DNA of 64,000 nucleotides from a virus (Duplodnaviria; Heunggongvirae; Uroviricota; Caudoviricetes): IMG/VR virus record IMGVR_UViG_3300037067_007156, positions 1 to 64,000 of that record; one strand, 5' to 3'. Shown piece by piece: positions 8,519 to 19,736 of this stretch (position 1 is its first letter; each line of letters starts with the position of its first letter). The notes under the pieces were generated by a model. It saw only the letters and a program-made list of their open reading frames with translations, ran no database searches and was not told where the DNA came from. The position numbers and the translations under genes were made by a program.

Positions 8519-10801
8519 TTAAATACCCAAAGATGAATTGACACTGGTTGCTTTATCAACTTTTTCTATTTTAGTTATTAGTGTATCCATTTTATCACTT
8601 ATTTCTTTTAATATTGCAATACTTTTATCTTCTTCCATTACTGGTGCTGTTGGAGATTTGACAGCAGTACCACCAATTGGTGAAGTAGATACACCAGCAT
8701 TTTTTGCATTTAAAATATCTTGAATAAAAGAAGAACCTTTATCATCAAATACCATTGATAATTCTTTCTTTTTATCATTTAATGTTTCAATTACATTAGC
8801 TAATCGAGTATCATCTATAATAGATAATATCATAACACCTTTTGAAAGTTGAGCTAATTTATCAACATTTTTTTCATTTAATTCGTCTAACGCACCGCTT
8901 AATTTTCTTATAGTACCAGCTAATAATAATATTGGTATTATATTTACAGCACCAAGCATAGCCATTTTATTAAGACTATCTGTAATAGCATTTAAACCGT
9001 CAGCTTTATCTTTATCTGGTAACATCTCGAAAACGCTTAAAAGATTTTTAATATTATCAATCCAAGTAACATTTGGTTCATTAAATAAATTAGCATTTTT
9101 ATTAAAAAGTTCTGCCATGCTAACAATAGCTTTTCCTAACAATAACACTTTAACCATATCAAAAAGTCCTACTGGCATATTAGTTATAAATGAACCAAAA
9201 GAATTTAATGCTCCAGTTACACCCTCTACCCAACTAATTGAAGGATAAGATTCGAATGTGTTTGATGAAAATATTTTTGATATGTCTACCATCATATTTA
9301 CGATACCCATTATAGCCCCAGCACCAGCTAATAATAATAAACCACCTATACCAAGTGTAGCAGTTATTAATGTACCAAGTGTAATCATAGGAACTATGAA
9401 AGCTAACATTGACAAACCAACACCAGCAGCCCAACCAACTGAAGGATAATTTCCCCATTTACCCATTCCTAAAATATAACTTACAGCAAGCATAGTACCT
9501 GCTACACCTATTACTGATAATAATCCGAGACCTATTATAGCTAAACCAATACCTGATGACGCAATTAATCCAAGAACCGCAACCGCTGGTACAAATGATA
9601 TCAATGATAAACCAACACCAGCAGCCCAATCAACTGATGGATACTTATCATATTTACCTAATGATAATATATGACTGGCTAACATGATAACACCTGAAAC
9701 CACCACAATTGTTAATGCACCCAACAACATGGATTTCATATCTAATTTCAATTTAGATAATAAGAAAAATGCTGGAACTAATGCTAAAACTGACACACCA
9801 ATAGCTAAACTTGTTAATACAACACCAACTGGGTCTTTTAACATTTGCATAGACTGAAATAAAATACTTGCCCCAACTATTGTTGCGACCAACAATGGAA
9901 CAGCTAATGTTGTAAATAAAATTGATTTCCAATCAGCACCTTTCAATCCCTTTGCCATTAAAGAAAAAGCAAAAGTTATTGGTATTAATGCAATTCCAAC
10001 TAAAGCAGCAGTTATAAGTTGTCCAATAGATAATGGTTTTATAAATGTTAATTCTTTAGCTGCTCCAGCAATACCTAATGCAATCGCTGGTATTAAAACG
10101 GGTATTATACTAACCATCCACATATTTTTAGGGTCAAATGAACCAAGACCTTTCATTAATCCCCACGTAACAACACCCATTGTTACACCTAATGCAACAG
10201 CAGTTATTAATTGCATGGGTGATAATTGTGGCATAGATTCAAGAATCTTACTTGATGCTAAAAGGGATAATGACATTGAAATTAGTATAGCGTTTATAAT
10301 TACAGCATTTACCCATGTTAATCCCTTTAATTTTGACATTTCAGAATATGTTTTAGCCATAATATATAGAGCTGCACTCAATCCTATAACAGAAAGGAAA
10401 TCTACTTTTCCAACTAATTTGAAAGCTAAACCTATGGCTAATACACCACCAGCTATTAAAGTAACAACTTTTATACCATCAACTATTTTAGACTTATTCT
10501 TAGGGTCTTCTATTTTATCAAACATACCAGATTCTTTAGCAGTTCTGGCATCTTTTACTTCTTTTAATATCTTTTCTGTATTATTCTCTATTCTTATATT
10601 TGATGATTTTATTTCATCTAAATCTTCAACGATTTTATTATATTTTTCAGTATCCATGTTACCCAACATAGTATTAACTGTGTCTGTACCACCAGCTTGT
10701 CCACCTTCTTTGTATTGTTCTTTTAGTATATCTACTAAAGATTCTAAGGCATCACTCAAATTTTGTAAATTTAAAATATATTTTTCGTCAAGTTTAGACA
10801 T
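8519..10801 (-). CDS. Tape-measure-like or membrane-spanning virion protein
   Basis: 760 aa; long Ala/Gly/Leu amphipathic repeats (YPSVDWAAGVGLSL, YPSVGWAAGVGLSM, YPSISWVEGV) between coiled-coil ends. Confidence 0.55.
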   Translation of the reverse strand: MSKLDEKYILNLQNLSDALESLVDILKEQYKEGGQAGGTDTVNTMLGNMDTEKYNKIVEDLDEIKSSNIRIENNTEKILKEVKDARTAKESGMFDKIEDPKNKSKIVDGIKVVTLIAGGVLAIGLAFKLVGKVDFLSVIGLSAALYIMAKTYSEMSKLKGLTWVNAVIINAILISMSLSLLASSKILESMPQLSPMQLITAVALGVTMGVVTWGLMKGLGSFDPKNMWMVSIIPVLIPAIALGIAGAAKELTFIKPLSIGQLITAALVGIALIPITFAFSLMAKGLKGADWKSILFTTLAVPLLVATIVGASILFQSMQMLKDPVGVVLTSLAIGVSVLALVPAFFLLSKLKLDMKSMLLGALTIVVVSGVIMLASHILSLGKYDKYPSVDWAAGVGLSLISFVPAVAVLGLIASSGIGLAIIGLGLLSVIGVAGTMLAVSYILGMGKWGNYPSVGWAAGVGLSMLAFIVPMITLGTLITATLGIGGLLLLAGAGAIMGIVNMMVDISKIFSSNTFESYPSISWVEGVTGALNSFGSFITNMPVGLFDMVKVLLLGKAIVSMAELFNKNANLFNEPNVTWIDNIKNLLSVFEMLPDKDKADGLNAITDSLNKMAMLGAVNIIPILLLAGTIRKLSGALDELNEKNVDKLAQLSKGVMILSIIDDTRLANVIETLNDKKKELSMVFDDKGSSFIQDILNAKNAGVSTSPIGGTAVKSPTAPVMEEDKSIAILKEISDKMDTLITKIEKVDKATSVNSSLGI

Positions 10802-10808
10802 AAATAAA

Positions 10809-11135
10809 TTATGTTTTTAATTTTTTTAATTCAACATCAAATAGTGCAATAGATTGTTCAAGACTTGCAATATCAGTTTTAAATTTTTCTATTTTATCTT
10901 TTAGAAGTTTTTGATTTTCTTCACTGTAATCTTCAGTTTCAATTTTTTCCATTCTTTCCACTTCGGTCTGCATTTCAGTTTTTTTAGTTTCGATTTGTTT
11001 TTTTGCATCTTCTATTTTCAACTGAATATTTTCAATATCTTTTTTTTGTTTATTGATATCAATAACCTGTGCCAAATCATCTTTAACTTTATCAGCAATA
11101 TTTTCGTTTATAAATTTTCTAAAATTCTTTATCAT
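10809..11135 (-). CDS. Coiled-coil protein with capsid-targeting-like N-terminus
   Basis: Starts MIKNFRKFINEN; heptad-rich. Confidence 0.7.
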   Translation of the reverse strand: MIKNFRKFINENIADKVKDDLAQVIDINKQKKDIENIQLKIEDAKKQIETKKTEMQTEVERMEKIETEDYSEENQKLLKDKIEKFKTDIASLEQSIALFDVELKKLKT

Positions 11136-13222
11136 TATATTAAACTTAATTTTTGGAAATAAGCTTTTATTTCATTAGCATAATTATTGATAATATTAAT
11201 ATCAATTTTATTTTTAGTTACGTATTCACCACTTGTCTCTTTTGGAATACCAAATACCGGATATATATCTACTGATATAATGTTTAATTTCTTTTTATAT
11301 AAATTATCATTCATAACAGCTTTTTTTATAGTATCAGATGTAGTAGTCTCTTGATGTTTAGTGGTTAAAGTTGGTATAAACACGTCATCTTTATCGTTCA
11401 CTTTTAAAATATTAAATACATGAACTTCATTTGTTATAAATAATGTAGTAATTGGGAATTTTAATTTATTTTTAAAAATAAAACATGGTGTATAATCACT
11501 GGCAGATTTTATACTTTGAGTTCCACCGGATTCCATATTGAAAGATGTTCCGATTAAAAATGTTATTAAATTAATATCTTTTACATTTTTTATTTTATTT
11601 TTAGAAATATCATAACTATCCATGAATTCTTTACTATATGTATCAATCATACATAAAGCATCAAACCCACCAATATTTATATATTTAACTGCAACCATAG
11701 CTTCGAATTCAGTTGTTGTTTTACCTCTGGTTGCCCATTTAAAATTTAACATATACAAATCATTTATACCCTTTCCTTTTAAATATTCAGCTGGAACTTG
11801 ATTTTCTGATAAACCTATTCGTTTAACTCTTTCAGCAACATTATTACCAGTTCCAAGAGCTGTATTTGTAGCCTCAACTTTATCTTTCGTTTCTTTTTCT
11901 ATATTATCTTTTTGTTCTTTGTTTAAAGCAAAACTTGGTGAAAATGGATTTACTCTTTCAACATTAATTAAATCGTTAAATCTTGATAAAGCTTTATACA
12001 TGTCTTGTTTCCATATATTTTCTAATTTAGCATCACGTGTCCCATCATTTTTTATAATTTGTCTGTCAGCTAATAAATGATAAGCATATAATTTACTTAG
12101 ATTTATTTTTTTAGTAGCCGCTTCTTTATCAATTTTATTTTTATGTTGAATTGTGAGTTCTTCTATTTTTTTATTATATCTGGTAAAACCACCTAAAAGG
12201 GCTTCATTAATTATCTCATCTTCTAAATAAAAAAAGGTTTCACCAATTTTACCACTATTTTCTAATTCTTTCTTTTTCTTTATTATTTTACCATTTTTTA
12301 CATCATTAAATTCAGTATCGACACTTTTTTTATCTTCAGAACCTTCTACATTATCAGAGTCTGGTTTTATTAATGGTTGCAAAGTTTCAAAATCAACTCT
12401 TTGTCCATTAATAAATAATTCACCATAATCAGAAAGTTGACCACCTAATTTTTTTACAGTTTCTCTCAATTTAACAAATTTAAATTTCAATAACATTAAA
12501 TCAGCTTTATCGTATATAATTTGTAATTTCAAAGATTTAAGTTTATTCTTTTTAAGTTCTAAATCGTTCAATACCTTTTTATCTTTTGGGTTAGTTGCTT
12601 CAATTTTTTTTATTTCGTCAGCATTTTTTTGATATATTTTTATTGTTTCATTTATTTTTCTTGATATTTCACTAATAGAGGAATTATTAATAACATCATT
12701 AAAAAAATCATTATTAATAACACTTTTAACTTCTTTAGAATCTTTTAATTGTGCTAATACTTCTTGACCTCTCTTATCCACATCTATATAACTTTTTGTG
12801 CCATCTTCATTAGTTATTTCTATTTTTTTCAATTCAAGGTTTTCATCTCCAAATTTAAATTGTAAATTTAATGCTGTTGTTTTATCACCATTGACCACAC
12901 CAGTCTCTTTATCAGGCAAAATTGATATATCACCAGTATTTATATCAGATGTTGTTTCATCTGACGGTTTAACCGTTGTTGTGTTGGTTATATTTGAAGT
13001 GCCACCAGATAGATAAGTTTCAACTCCTTCTAAAATAACTCCTTTAATATTTCTTATTGAATGTAAAAATACAGCATTAGATAATCCATTACCAAAAAGT
13101 TTCAACAAACTACCAACAGCTTTTCCCAATAAACTCTCACTCCAAGTTGTATCATTCGTAAATTCTTTAGCTTCCTTTATCTGTAAAAATCCTTTATAAC
13201 TTATTAAATTTTTAAATTCCAT
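11135..13222 (-). CDS. Large putative virion (internal head) protein; contains the protospacer for an array-2 spacer
   Basis: 695 aa; N-terminus MEFKNLISYKGFLQIKEA; 11212-11241 matches spacer 22302-22331 at 27/30. Confidence 0.7.
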   Translation of the reverse strand: MEFKNLISYKGFLQIKEAKEFTNDTTWSESLLGKAVGSLLKLFGNGLSNAVFLHSIRNIKGVILEGVETYLSGGTSNITNTTTVKPSDETTSDINTGDISILPDKETGVVNGDKTTALNLQFKFGDENLELKKIEITNEDGTKSYIDVDKRGQEVLAQLKDSKEVKSVINNDFFNDVINNSSISEISRKINETIKIYQKNADEIKKIEATNPKDKKVLNDLELKKNKLKSLKLQIIYDKADLMLLKFKFVKLRETVKKLGGQLSDYGELFINGQRVDFETLQPLIKPDSDNVEGSEDKKSVDTEFNDVKNGKIIKKKKELENSGKIGETFFYLEDEIINEALLGGFTRYNKKIEELTIQHKNKIDKEAATKKINLSKLYAYHLLADRQIIKNDGTRDAKLENIWKQDMYKALSRFNDLINVERVNPFSPSFALNKEQKDNIEKETKDKVEATNTALGTGNNVAERVKRIGLSENQVPAEYLKGKGINDLYMLNFKWATRGKTTTEFEAMVAVKYINIGGFDALCMIDTYSKEFMDSYDISKNKIKNVKDINLITFLIGTSFNMESGGTQSIKSASDYTPCFIFKNKLKFPITTLFITNEVHVFNILKVNDKDDVFIPTLTTKHQETTTSDTIKKAVMNDNLYKKKLNIISVDIYPVFGIPKETSGEYVTKNKIDINIINNYANEIKAYFQKLSLI

Positions 13223-13225
13223 TGT

Positions 13226-13966
13226 TTAATCTTTAATTTTTATTCTTAATCCTCTATAAGAATATTTAATTGAATATAATTCAAAAAAATCGTTATGAAA
13301 AACTGGAAAATAATATGATTTTTCACTATCATATAATAATTCTCCATTGTAATACATAACATATTTTTTTCCTAAATAACTATCGTATAATTTTTTTCCA
13401 GTTAATCCTTCTGCTTGAAGTGGTACAGACGGTTTATCCTGTATTAATTTTTCCTTATCAGATGCATTATAATGAAAAACTTCCGTCAATATTTCTTTCT
13501 GAAGTGGTACAGATGGTGTATATTGTATTATTTTAACATCTTCTGATTTTATATTTTTATTTTGAACGTCTTTCGGTTTTTCTTCATTTATTACCTCTGA
13601 TAATTCATTTTTTTCTTCAACATTATTGTTAATAATATTTTTATTTTCTTTTTTTCTTTTGATAACTGGTTCTGTAAATATATCATCGTCATCATCTTCT
13701 TTCATTACTTCAGCTTCTATTTCCATAAAAGAATTATTTAAAGTATTATCTATCTCGAAATCAATAGTTGTAAAATTTTCAAGTTTAGTTTTAGTAACAA
13801 TTTTTTGTTCAACTTCTTCATTAATAGTTTTTTCTTCAACTATAACTTGAATAGGTGTCTTAATAACATTTTTATTTTCATCCAAAAAATTAACAAATTC
13901 TTCTTTGACTATGATTTTCTTTGAAGGTATCTTCACTTCTTCTTCTTTAACTATCTTTTTCGCCAT
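13226..13966 (-). CDS. Hypothetical Glu/Lys-rich protein
   Basis: 246 aa; TTTTTAATATATA motif upstream on the minus strand (13992-14005). Confidence 0.7.
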   Translation of the reverse strand: MAKKIVKEEEVKIPSKKIIVKEEFVNFLDENKNVIKTPIQVIVEEKTINEEVEQKIVTKTKLENFTTIDFEIDNTLNNSFMEIEAEVMKEDDDDDIFTEPVIKRKKENKNIINNNVEEKNELSEVINEEKPKDVQNKNIKSEDVKIIQYTPSVPLQKEILTEVFHYNASDKEKLIQDKPSVPLQAEGLTGKKLYDSYLGKKYVMYYNGELLYDSEKSYYFPVFHNDFFELYSIKYSYRGLRIKIKD

Positions 13967-14015
13967 TTTTATAGAATAATATTTATTTTTGTATATATTA
14001 AAAAATATGGTGTTA

Positions 14016-14028
14016 TTTTTAATATATA
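14016..14028 (+). promoter_or_regulatory. Putative phage late promoter TTTT(T)AATATATA (representative copy)
   Basis: Same motif upstream of genes at 30742, 33776, 48216 and 48785 (+) and at 13992 and 18413 (-). Confidence 0.55.
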
Positions 14029-14033
14029 AGAAT

Positions 14034-14801
14034 ATGAAAATAATAAGTTATAATAAATATTCATATTTAAAAGAAAATTATGAATTTCTTAATGAAGATT
14101 CAGAATTTAATCAATATCAATTTGGAGTAGAACCACATGGTTTGGGGGCGGGTTATGGTTTTGCTTCAGACCCACAGATTTCAATATATTCTGATGATTC
14201 ATCACCATATCGTGATAATTATTCCAGAACATCTCAAATGGCTAATGATATTTCTCGTATTTTAAATAGTATGGGTGGAATCATCGCTAAATCTATGTCT
14301 ATTGATATGTTTATCGAAGAAATAGATGAATATACTAATTTTAAAATACTTAGAATTTTTGTAAACGATAAAAATCTTATCGATATATATTTATCATTTG
14401 AATTCCAAGGTGAAGAATATTTTGCTAAATATAAAGATTTTAATGGACTGAATAAACCACCTAAAATCACGTCTGATTTGTTTACAGATATAAAATATAG
14501 ACATATCGATAGAGAATATTATTTAAAATTAAATAATTATATCTATAAAATAGTTTATAACTGGTTTATACCAGATAAAGGTTTTTATAAAAATTTGAAA
14601 AAAGACCTCAATATTCGAAGTAATATGGGGGAAAACGTGTTCTTAAAAGAAGGTGCTACCATTAGAATATTAGGTTATGATATAGATAATGATGGTAATC
14701 CATATTTAGTCTTAATGTATAAAGATGAAAAATATACTATTGAAAAAAATAATTTTTATTTTTTCAAATATTGGTTTGACGCAGTAAATGACGCAGTGTA
14801 A
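14034..14801 (+). CDS. Hypothetical putative virion protein
   Basis: Likely start ATG at 14034 (MKIISYNKYSYLKENYEFLNED), just after the late motif. Confidence 0.7.
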   Translation: MKIISYNKYSYLKENYEFLNEDSEFNQYQFGVEPHGLGAGYGFASDPQISIYSDDSSPYRDNYSRTSQMANDISRILNSMGGIIAKSMSIDMFIEEIDEYTNFKILRIFVNDKNLIDIYLSFEFQGEEYFAKYKDFNGLNKPPKITSDLFTDIKYRHIDREYYLKLNNYIYKIVYNWFIPDKGFYKNLKKDLNIRSNMGENVFLKEGATIRILGYDIDNDGNPYLVLMYKDEKYTIEKNNFYFFKYWFDAVNDAV

Positions 14802-14828
14802 ACTAAATGATACTAAATCACAAGAAAT

Positions 14829-16391
14829 TTAAGAGATTATATCAGCAAGTTTTTTCATTCTTATTGCTATTTTAACTTCTTTGATAAAATCTTCAGTATA
14901 ATTTCTACTTTTATTTATATGTTTATTAATATATGATATTGTTTCGTCTGTCATTGTAGTTTTTTTATGTTTCATTACTATTAATGAGTCACTATCTCGG
15001 TTTTTTTCCAATAATTTAATTATTATATAATGAGACCACTTTTTAACATTAAATAGAGATTTATCAATGCAATATATAATGGTGTTCAATTTACTTTCAG
15101 ATAAAATTTGTAAATAATATATATCATCTGGAAATTTATATTCTGGATATAACAGAAACAATTTATCAATATAATCAGTTTTAGAAGCCATTATAGCTTC
15201 AGCAGCTACACAATCTCTATCATCAAAACCTTCATTTGCTATATAATCGTATATCAATCCTTCATCATTAGGGTCGGTTCTAAATATTTTTTTCCGAATA
15301 ATATTTTTAGATGCTTCATCAACTTTAAAAACAGTATTTTGTAAAATATTTTTTAAAGTATCCTTATATAAATCTTTTGCAAATTTACAAAACAAATAAT
15401 AATCATCCTGATATATATCAACCTTTCCAGATAATATAAAAACATCTATAATACCATTAATATTCTCGCTATTCATGTGAGGTTTTAAAATATCAAATAT
15501 TATATTACCCGATACATATTTATATGAAAGAATTTTTGTTAAAATTTGAAACGAGTGTGTTTTCGCACATAATACAGTATATGTGGCATAATTATTTGAT
15601 AAGTCAATTAATTCTTTTTCAACTAAGTAAGTAAAACATTTTGAACTGTCATTATTTATAATAGCCCAATTTGTTACTTTGTCTATATTTATGAGTTTAA
15701 ATATTTTTTCATTTTCAAATAAATAAGAAAATGCTTGTATATTATCATAATATGTAGCTCTCGAAACAAATTTAGTGATAATTGTTTTGTTGATAATTAC
15801 ATTTTCTTTATTAAATAATTCTTTTTTATCAATAATATATTTTAAAATTGGGAATTTATTTTCTTTAAAAAGTTCTTCAATATAATCCGTTTTAGATTTT
15901 TTTGAAAGTCTATTACTCAAAAACAAAACATCTAATATATCACTTGGTTCTTCTTTATCTATTAAAAAATCAAAAATCTGTGTATGACAATTATTGTCAA
16001 TTAATTCAAAACGTTCATCATTTAAAATTAATTTAACCAAAAAGGATTTATCATGTTTCATAGCTATTTTAAATAAATCCCACAGGTTATCATTAATAGT
16101 GTTTCTTATTTCTCGTGTATTATTAAATTCTCGTAAAATATATTTTTCTGCATCTATATAACCAATATCTTTCTTTAAAATATTTTCATTGGTATATGAT
16201 TGTAAATAAATATATTCAATTAAATCATCATTTGTTTTAGAACTCAAACACATATTCATGAATTCATATGAATATAAATGGTTATACCCTATTAAATCAC
16301 TTAATTGTGTTATACGTTCTTCAAGTGGTTTAAAAGATAAACTCACCAAAATTTGGTCTATTAATGTGGTTGAAAATATTAAATTCAGCAT
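14829..16391 (-). CDS. Ankyrin-like helical repeat protein
   Basis: Repeated helix-turn-helix segments (AMKHDKSFLVKLIL, WAIINNDSSKCFTYLV, CAKTHSFQILTKIL); C-terminal RMKKLADIIS. Confidence 0.55.
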   Translation of the reverse strand: MLNLIFSTTLIDQILVSLSFKPLEERITQLSDLIGYNHLYSYEFMNMCLSSKTNDDLIEYIYLQSYTNENILKKDIGYIDAEKYILREFNNTREIRNTINDNLWDLFKIAMKHDKSFLVKLILNDERFELIDNNCHTQIFDFLIDKEEPSDILDVLFLSNRLSKKSKTDYIEELFKENKFPILKYIIDKKELFNKENVIINKTIITKFVSRATYYDNIQAFSYLFENEKIFKLINIDKVTNWAIINNDSSKCFTYLVEKELIDLSNNYATYTVLCAKTHSFQILTKILSYKYVSGNIIFDILKPHMNSENINGIIDVFILSGKVDIYQDDYYLFCKFAKDLYKDTLKNILQNTVFKVDEASKNIIRKKIFRTDPNDEGLIYDYIANEGFDDRDCVAAEAIMASKTDYIDKLFLLYPEYKFPDDIYYLQILSESKLNTIIYCIDKSLFNVKKWSHYIIIKLLEKNRDSDSLIVMKHKKTTMTDETISYINKHINKSRNYTEDFIKEVKIAIRMKKLADIIS

Positions 16392-16453
16392 AAATATTTA
16401 AAATTTGACGAATATAGTTAAAAATAATATATAAAAAAAATTAATTATATTGT

Positions 16454-17500
16454 ATGAAATGGAATTATGAAAATATTAAAATTGAAGCTTTAAAATATAA
16501 TTATAAAAAAGATTTTAGAAAAAATTGTAGAAGTGCTTATAATTCAGCGATTAAAAATGGTTGGTTAGATGAAATTTGTTCTCATATGAACAAAATCGGA
16601 AACAAATTTTTTAGATGTATATATGTGTGGGAATTTGATGATAAGTCCGCTTATATCGGGTTAACATATAATATAATCAAAAGAAAAAAAGAACACACAT
16701 CAGAAAAAAATAGTCCAGTTTATGAAAAATTAAAATATGTAAACGGTTTCTGTAAACAATTAACAGGTTACATTCCCATTAAAGATGCAATCAAAAGTGA
16801 AATATTTTTTATAGAGAAATATAAAAAAGATTGGAACGTTTTAAATAAAAATAAAGGAGGTGGTGTTGGTTCATCGTCCTTTGAATGCACGGTTGAAGAT
16901 TGTGTAAAATATGCTCTTTTATGCAGAACAAAGGCAGAATTTCAAAAGAAGTATAAAAAATATTATAATTATAGTGTAGCAGTAGATATTTATAAAACAC
17001 TATTTGAACATTTAAAATATTCTAAACATGATTCTGGTTATTGGTCAAAAGAAAGATGTCATGACGTTGCACTAAAATGTAAAAATAATAAAGAATTTGA
17101 ATTAAAATACCCAAGTGCTTATGTTATATCCAGAAAGAAAAAATGGTTTAATGATATAACAACACATTTTATCGAAATTAAAAAGCATCATAAATTCTGG
17201 TCAATAGAAAAAAGTTTAGAAACAGCTAAAACATGTTCAAACAGATGTGAATTAAAGAAAAAATATTATCAGGCATATTTTATTTTAAAAAATAGTAATT
17301 TGTTAGATGTTATATTTGGTGAAAATAAAAGAAATAAGCCTAATTCATTAACTAAAGAAAAATGTTATGAATGTGCTCTTAAATGTCAAAGTAGAGGCGA
17401 ATTTCAAAAGAAATATAAAACATCTTATTCTAAGTCATTAAAAATGGGTTGGTTAGATGAAATAAGTACACATATGGTACAACTTAGAAAAAGATATTAA
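16454..17500 (+). CDS. GIY-YIG homing endonuclease with repeated helical modules
   Basis: CIYVWEF..SAYIGLT..R..EH...E..FI..Y...LN; repeats W..E....ALKC....EF...Y..AY......W. Confidence 0.8.
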   Translation: MKWNYENIKIEALKYNYKKDFRKNCRSAYNSAIKNGWLDEICSHMNKIGNKFFRCIYVWEFDDKSAYIGLTYNIIKRKKEHTSEKNSPVYEKLKYVNGFCKQLTGYIPIKDAIKSEIFFIEKYKKDWNVLNKNKGGGVGSSSFECTVEDCVKYALLCRTKAEFQKKYKKYYNYSVAVDIYKTLFEHLKYSKHDSGYWSKERCHDVALKCKNNKEFELKYPSAYVISRKKKWFNDITTHFIEIKKHHKFWSIEKSLETAKTCSNRCELKKKYYQAYFILKNSNLLDVIFGENKRNKPNSLTKEKCYECALKCQSRGEFQKKYKTSYSKSLKMGWLDEISTHMVQLRKRY

Positions 17501-18393
17501 CGTTTACCAACGAAATTATAAAGTTGAAACTCAACCTGACCTTTTATATTTTTTTTATATGTGAGTTCAGAAGCAAAAGATGAAAATATAGTCTTATACG
17601 AACCCAATAATTTTTTATCTTCAAAAAGTTTAACTGTTCTACCGGGTGTACCTAAAGCACCAGCAATAGCTATATATTCATTTCCAAACACACTTTTCAA
17701 AAATGTAATCTTTAAATTTTTGGATTGTTTTTTATCTAATAATGTGTTTTCCCACATATTTTTCATATTCAATATGGTATCAGTGTTCTTAACATCAATT
17801 GCTGTTGCTAAAGCATTTGATTTACCAGTTATTTCCTGTTCTTCAGCTTTTTGAATTTTATCAGCTTGTATTAATTTATATTGATTTTTTCTTATTTTAT
17901 TGAAATCTGCTCTGGCTATTGTAGTTTCGGTCATTACTCGGTCATTCATCTTATATCCTTTAGGCGGTAATCTAAAAAAATCCCCCAAGAACGTCATACT
18001 CTTTATGTTAGAAGCTTTGAATAAACGCCAAACCTTCTTAGTATTTTTTCTTTCTTTTATTGAATAACCATCCATATGAAATGCCCTGATAAGTAAATTA
18101 CCAGTATTTTTATTTATACCCATCACCAGTGGTGCTATAACTCTTTCTCTACCCCCTTTCCATTTATCTTGATCACCAGAGTATAATATGCGAATTAACA
18201 TTCCATACTCAATGGCTTTAATCATTTTATCACGGTCAAACTTAATTGGGGTGTTTACTGGGAAATCTGGTATGAATTTATCAATATTTACACCTTGTAT
18301 AACATCTTCATTAAGTGTATTCTTTAACGTATAAAATTCATCATATTTAATATCATTAATAAAATGTGGTCGAATAGAATCTTGTAATAACAT
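17497..18393 (-). CDS. WYL-like domain protein
   Basis: IRILY...RERVIAPLVMG...GNLLIRAF...WRLFKASNI resembles the WYL SH3-fold pattern. Confidence 0.5.
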   Translation of the reverse strand: MLLQDSIRPHFINDIKYDEFYTLKNTLNEDVIQGVNIDKFIPDFPVNTPIKFDRDKMIKAIEYGMLIRILYSGDQDKWKGGRERVIAPLVMGINKNTGNLLIRAFHMDGYSIKERKNTKKVWRLFKASNIKSMTFLGDFFRLPPKGYKMNDRVMTETTIARADFNKIRKNQYKLIQADKIQKAEEQEITGKSNALATAIDVKNTDTILNMKNMWENTLLDKKQSKNLKITFLKSVFGNEYIAIAGALGTPGRTVKLFEDKKLLGSYKTIFSSFASELTYKKNIKGQVEFQLYNFVGKR

Positions 18394-18426
18394 TCAAATT
18401 ATTATTTTTTATTATATATTAAATTT

Positions 18427-19335
18427 TTATTTCATATGTGAACATATTTTATTTAACCAATTATTTTTCAAAGATACAATATATGCTCTACTATATTTAG
18501 AATGAAAATCTTTTTTTGTTTTACATTTAAGTGCAGCATCCAAACAATTGTTATAATTTTGCCAAAAATTTTTAGTTTTTCTAACCTGTATCATATGTGA
18601 ACATACAATATCTAACCATTTATTTGTTATAGCAGCATCGTAAGCACCTTGGCTTTTAGATTTAAATTCACTTCTATAATTATATTTTAATGCTTCTTTT
18701 TTAATATTTTCAAAATCCCATTTATAATTATAAGGTTTTAATCTTGTCATGTGTGAACAAACATCGTTTAACCACTTATTGTTTAAAGCAGCTTGATAAA
18801 AATTTTTATTTTTATTTTTGAATTCGATTCTATGGTTATATTTTAGAGCTTCTTCTGCAATAATTTCAAATGTGTATTTTATCTCACTTCCACCTAATGC
18901 ACCAGCTTTAGCTCTGTTTAAAACAAACCAGTCATCACTTTTATATTTTTCAATATAAAACGTTTCTAATTTCTGTGCTTCTTTTTTATCGACGTATTCA
19001 GTTAATTTATAACAGATGCCAGAACATAGAGTTAACTGTTTATAAACTGAACTTCTTTTATCTATTGTATGGTTATATTTTCGTTCTTCAAAATTATATG
19101 TTAAACCAATATAAGCTGTTTTATCTTCAAATTCCCACACATAAATGCAACGTTTTTCTTTATTACCCAACAATTTCATATGTTGACAGACGATATAATA
19201 CCAATTATTTTTTAATGCGGCGTCATATGCCCCACTGCTAAATTTTTTAAAATCTTTTTTATATTTATATTTTAGGGCTTCTTCTTTAACTTTTTCAAAA
19301 GTCCAATAATACATTGGTTTATTAACTTTTTTCAT
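18427..19335 (-). CDS. GIY-YIG homing endonuclease, paralog of 16454..17500
   Basis: RCIYVWEFEDKTAYIGLTYN; same EALKY..F...AY.AA..N.W...CSHM repeats. Confidence 0.8.
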   Translation of the reverse strand: MKKVNKPMYYWTFEKVKEEALKYKYKKDFKKFSSGAYDAALKNNWYYIVCQHMKLLGNKEKRCIYVWEFEDKTAYIGLTYNFEERKYNHTIDKRSSVYKQLTLCSGICYKLTEYVDKKEAQKLETFYIEKYKSDDWFVLNRAKAGALGGSEIKYTFEIIAEEALKYNHRIEFKNKNKNFYQAALNNKWLNDVCSHMTRLKPYNYKWDFENIKKEALKYNYRSEFKSKSQGAYDAAITNKWLDIVCSHMIQVRKTKNFWQNYNNCLDAALKCKTKKDFHSKYSRAYIVSLKNNWLNKICSHMK

Positions 19336-19379
19336 AAAAACATCACATTTTTATTATATATAAAAATGTAACGGTTTTA

Positions 19380-19736
19380 CTATTCTAATATATTTTCAAT
19401 TTTATGTTTACGTTTTATTTGGGTTAATTCTTTTATTTCATCTTGATGAAATTTATCTGCATAATAATAAATACCATCTTTGATATATGCATATTTTAAG
19501 TATATATAACTTATATGACTTTCTGTATAATTATCTATTAAAAGTTTATTTTCTAAAACTTCAACACCAAATTTAATATTTGGTTTAACTTCCGATAATA
19601 CCATTATAGAAGCAGATATTAAGAATTCATATTCCCACATTGGATAAGTCATTTTATACGACTTTACTGAAAATGGCATACCATATAAACCATTTTCCTG
19701 TGGTTTGGCCACTATTTCATGTATGAATAAACTCAC
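19380..19736 (-). CDS. Hypothetical protein with C-terminal RKxKI tag
   Basis: Ends KRKHKIENILE. Confidence 0.7.
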   Translation of the reverse strand: MSLFIHEIVAKPQENGLYGMPFSVKSYKMTYPMWEYEFLISASIMVLSEVKPNIKFGVEVLENKLLIDNYTESHISYIYLKYAYIKDGIYYYADKFHQDEIKELTQIKRKHKIENILE

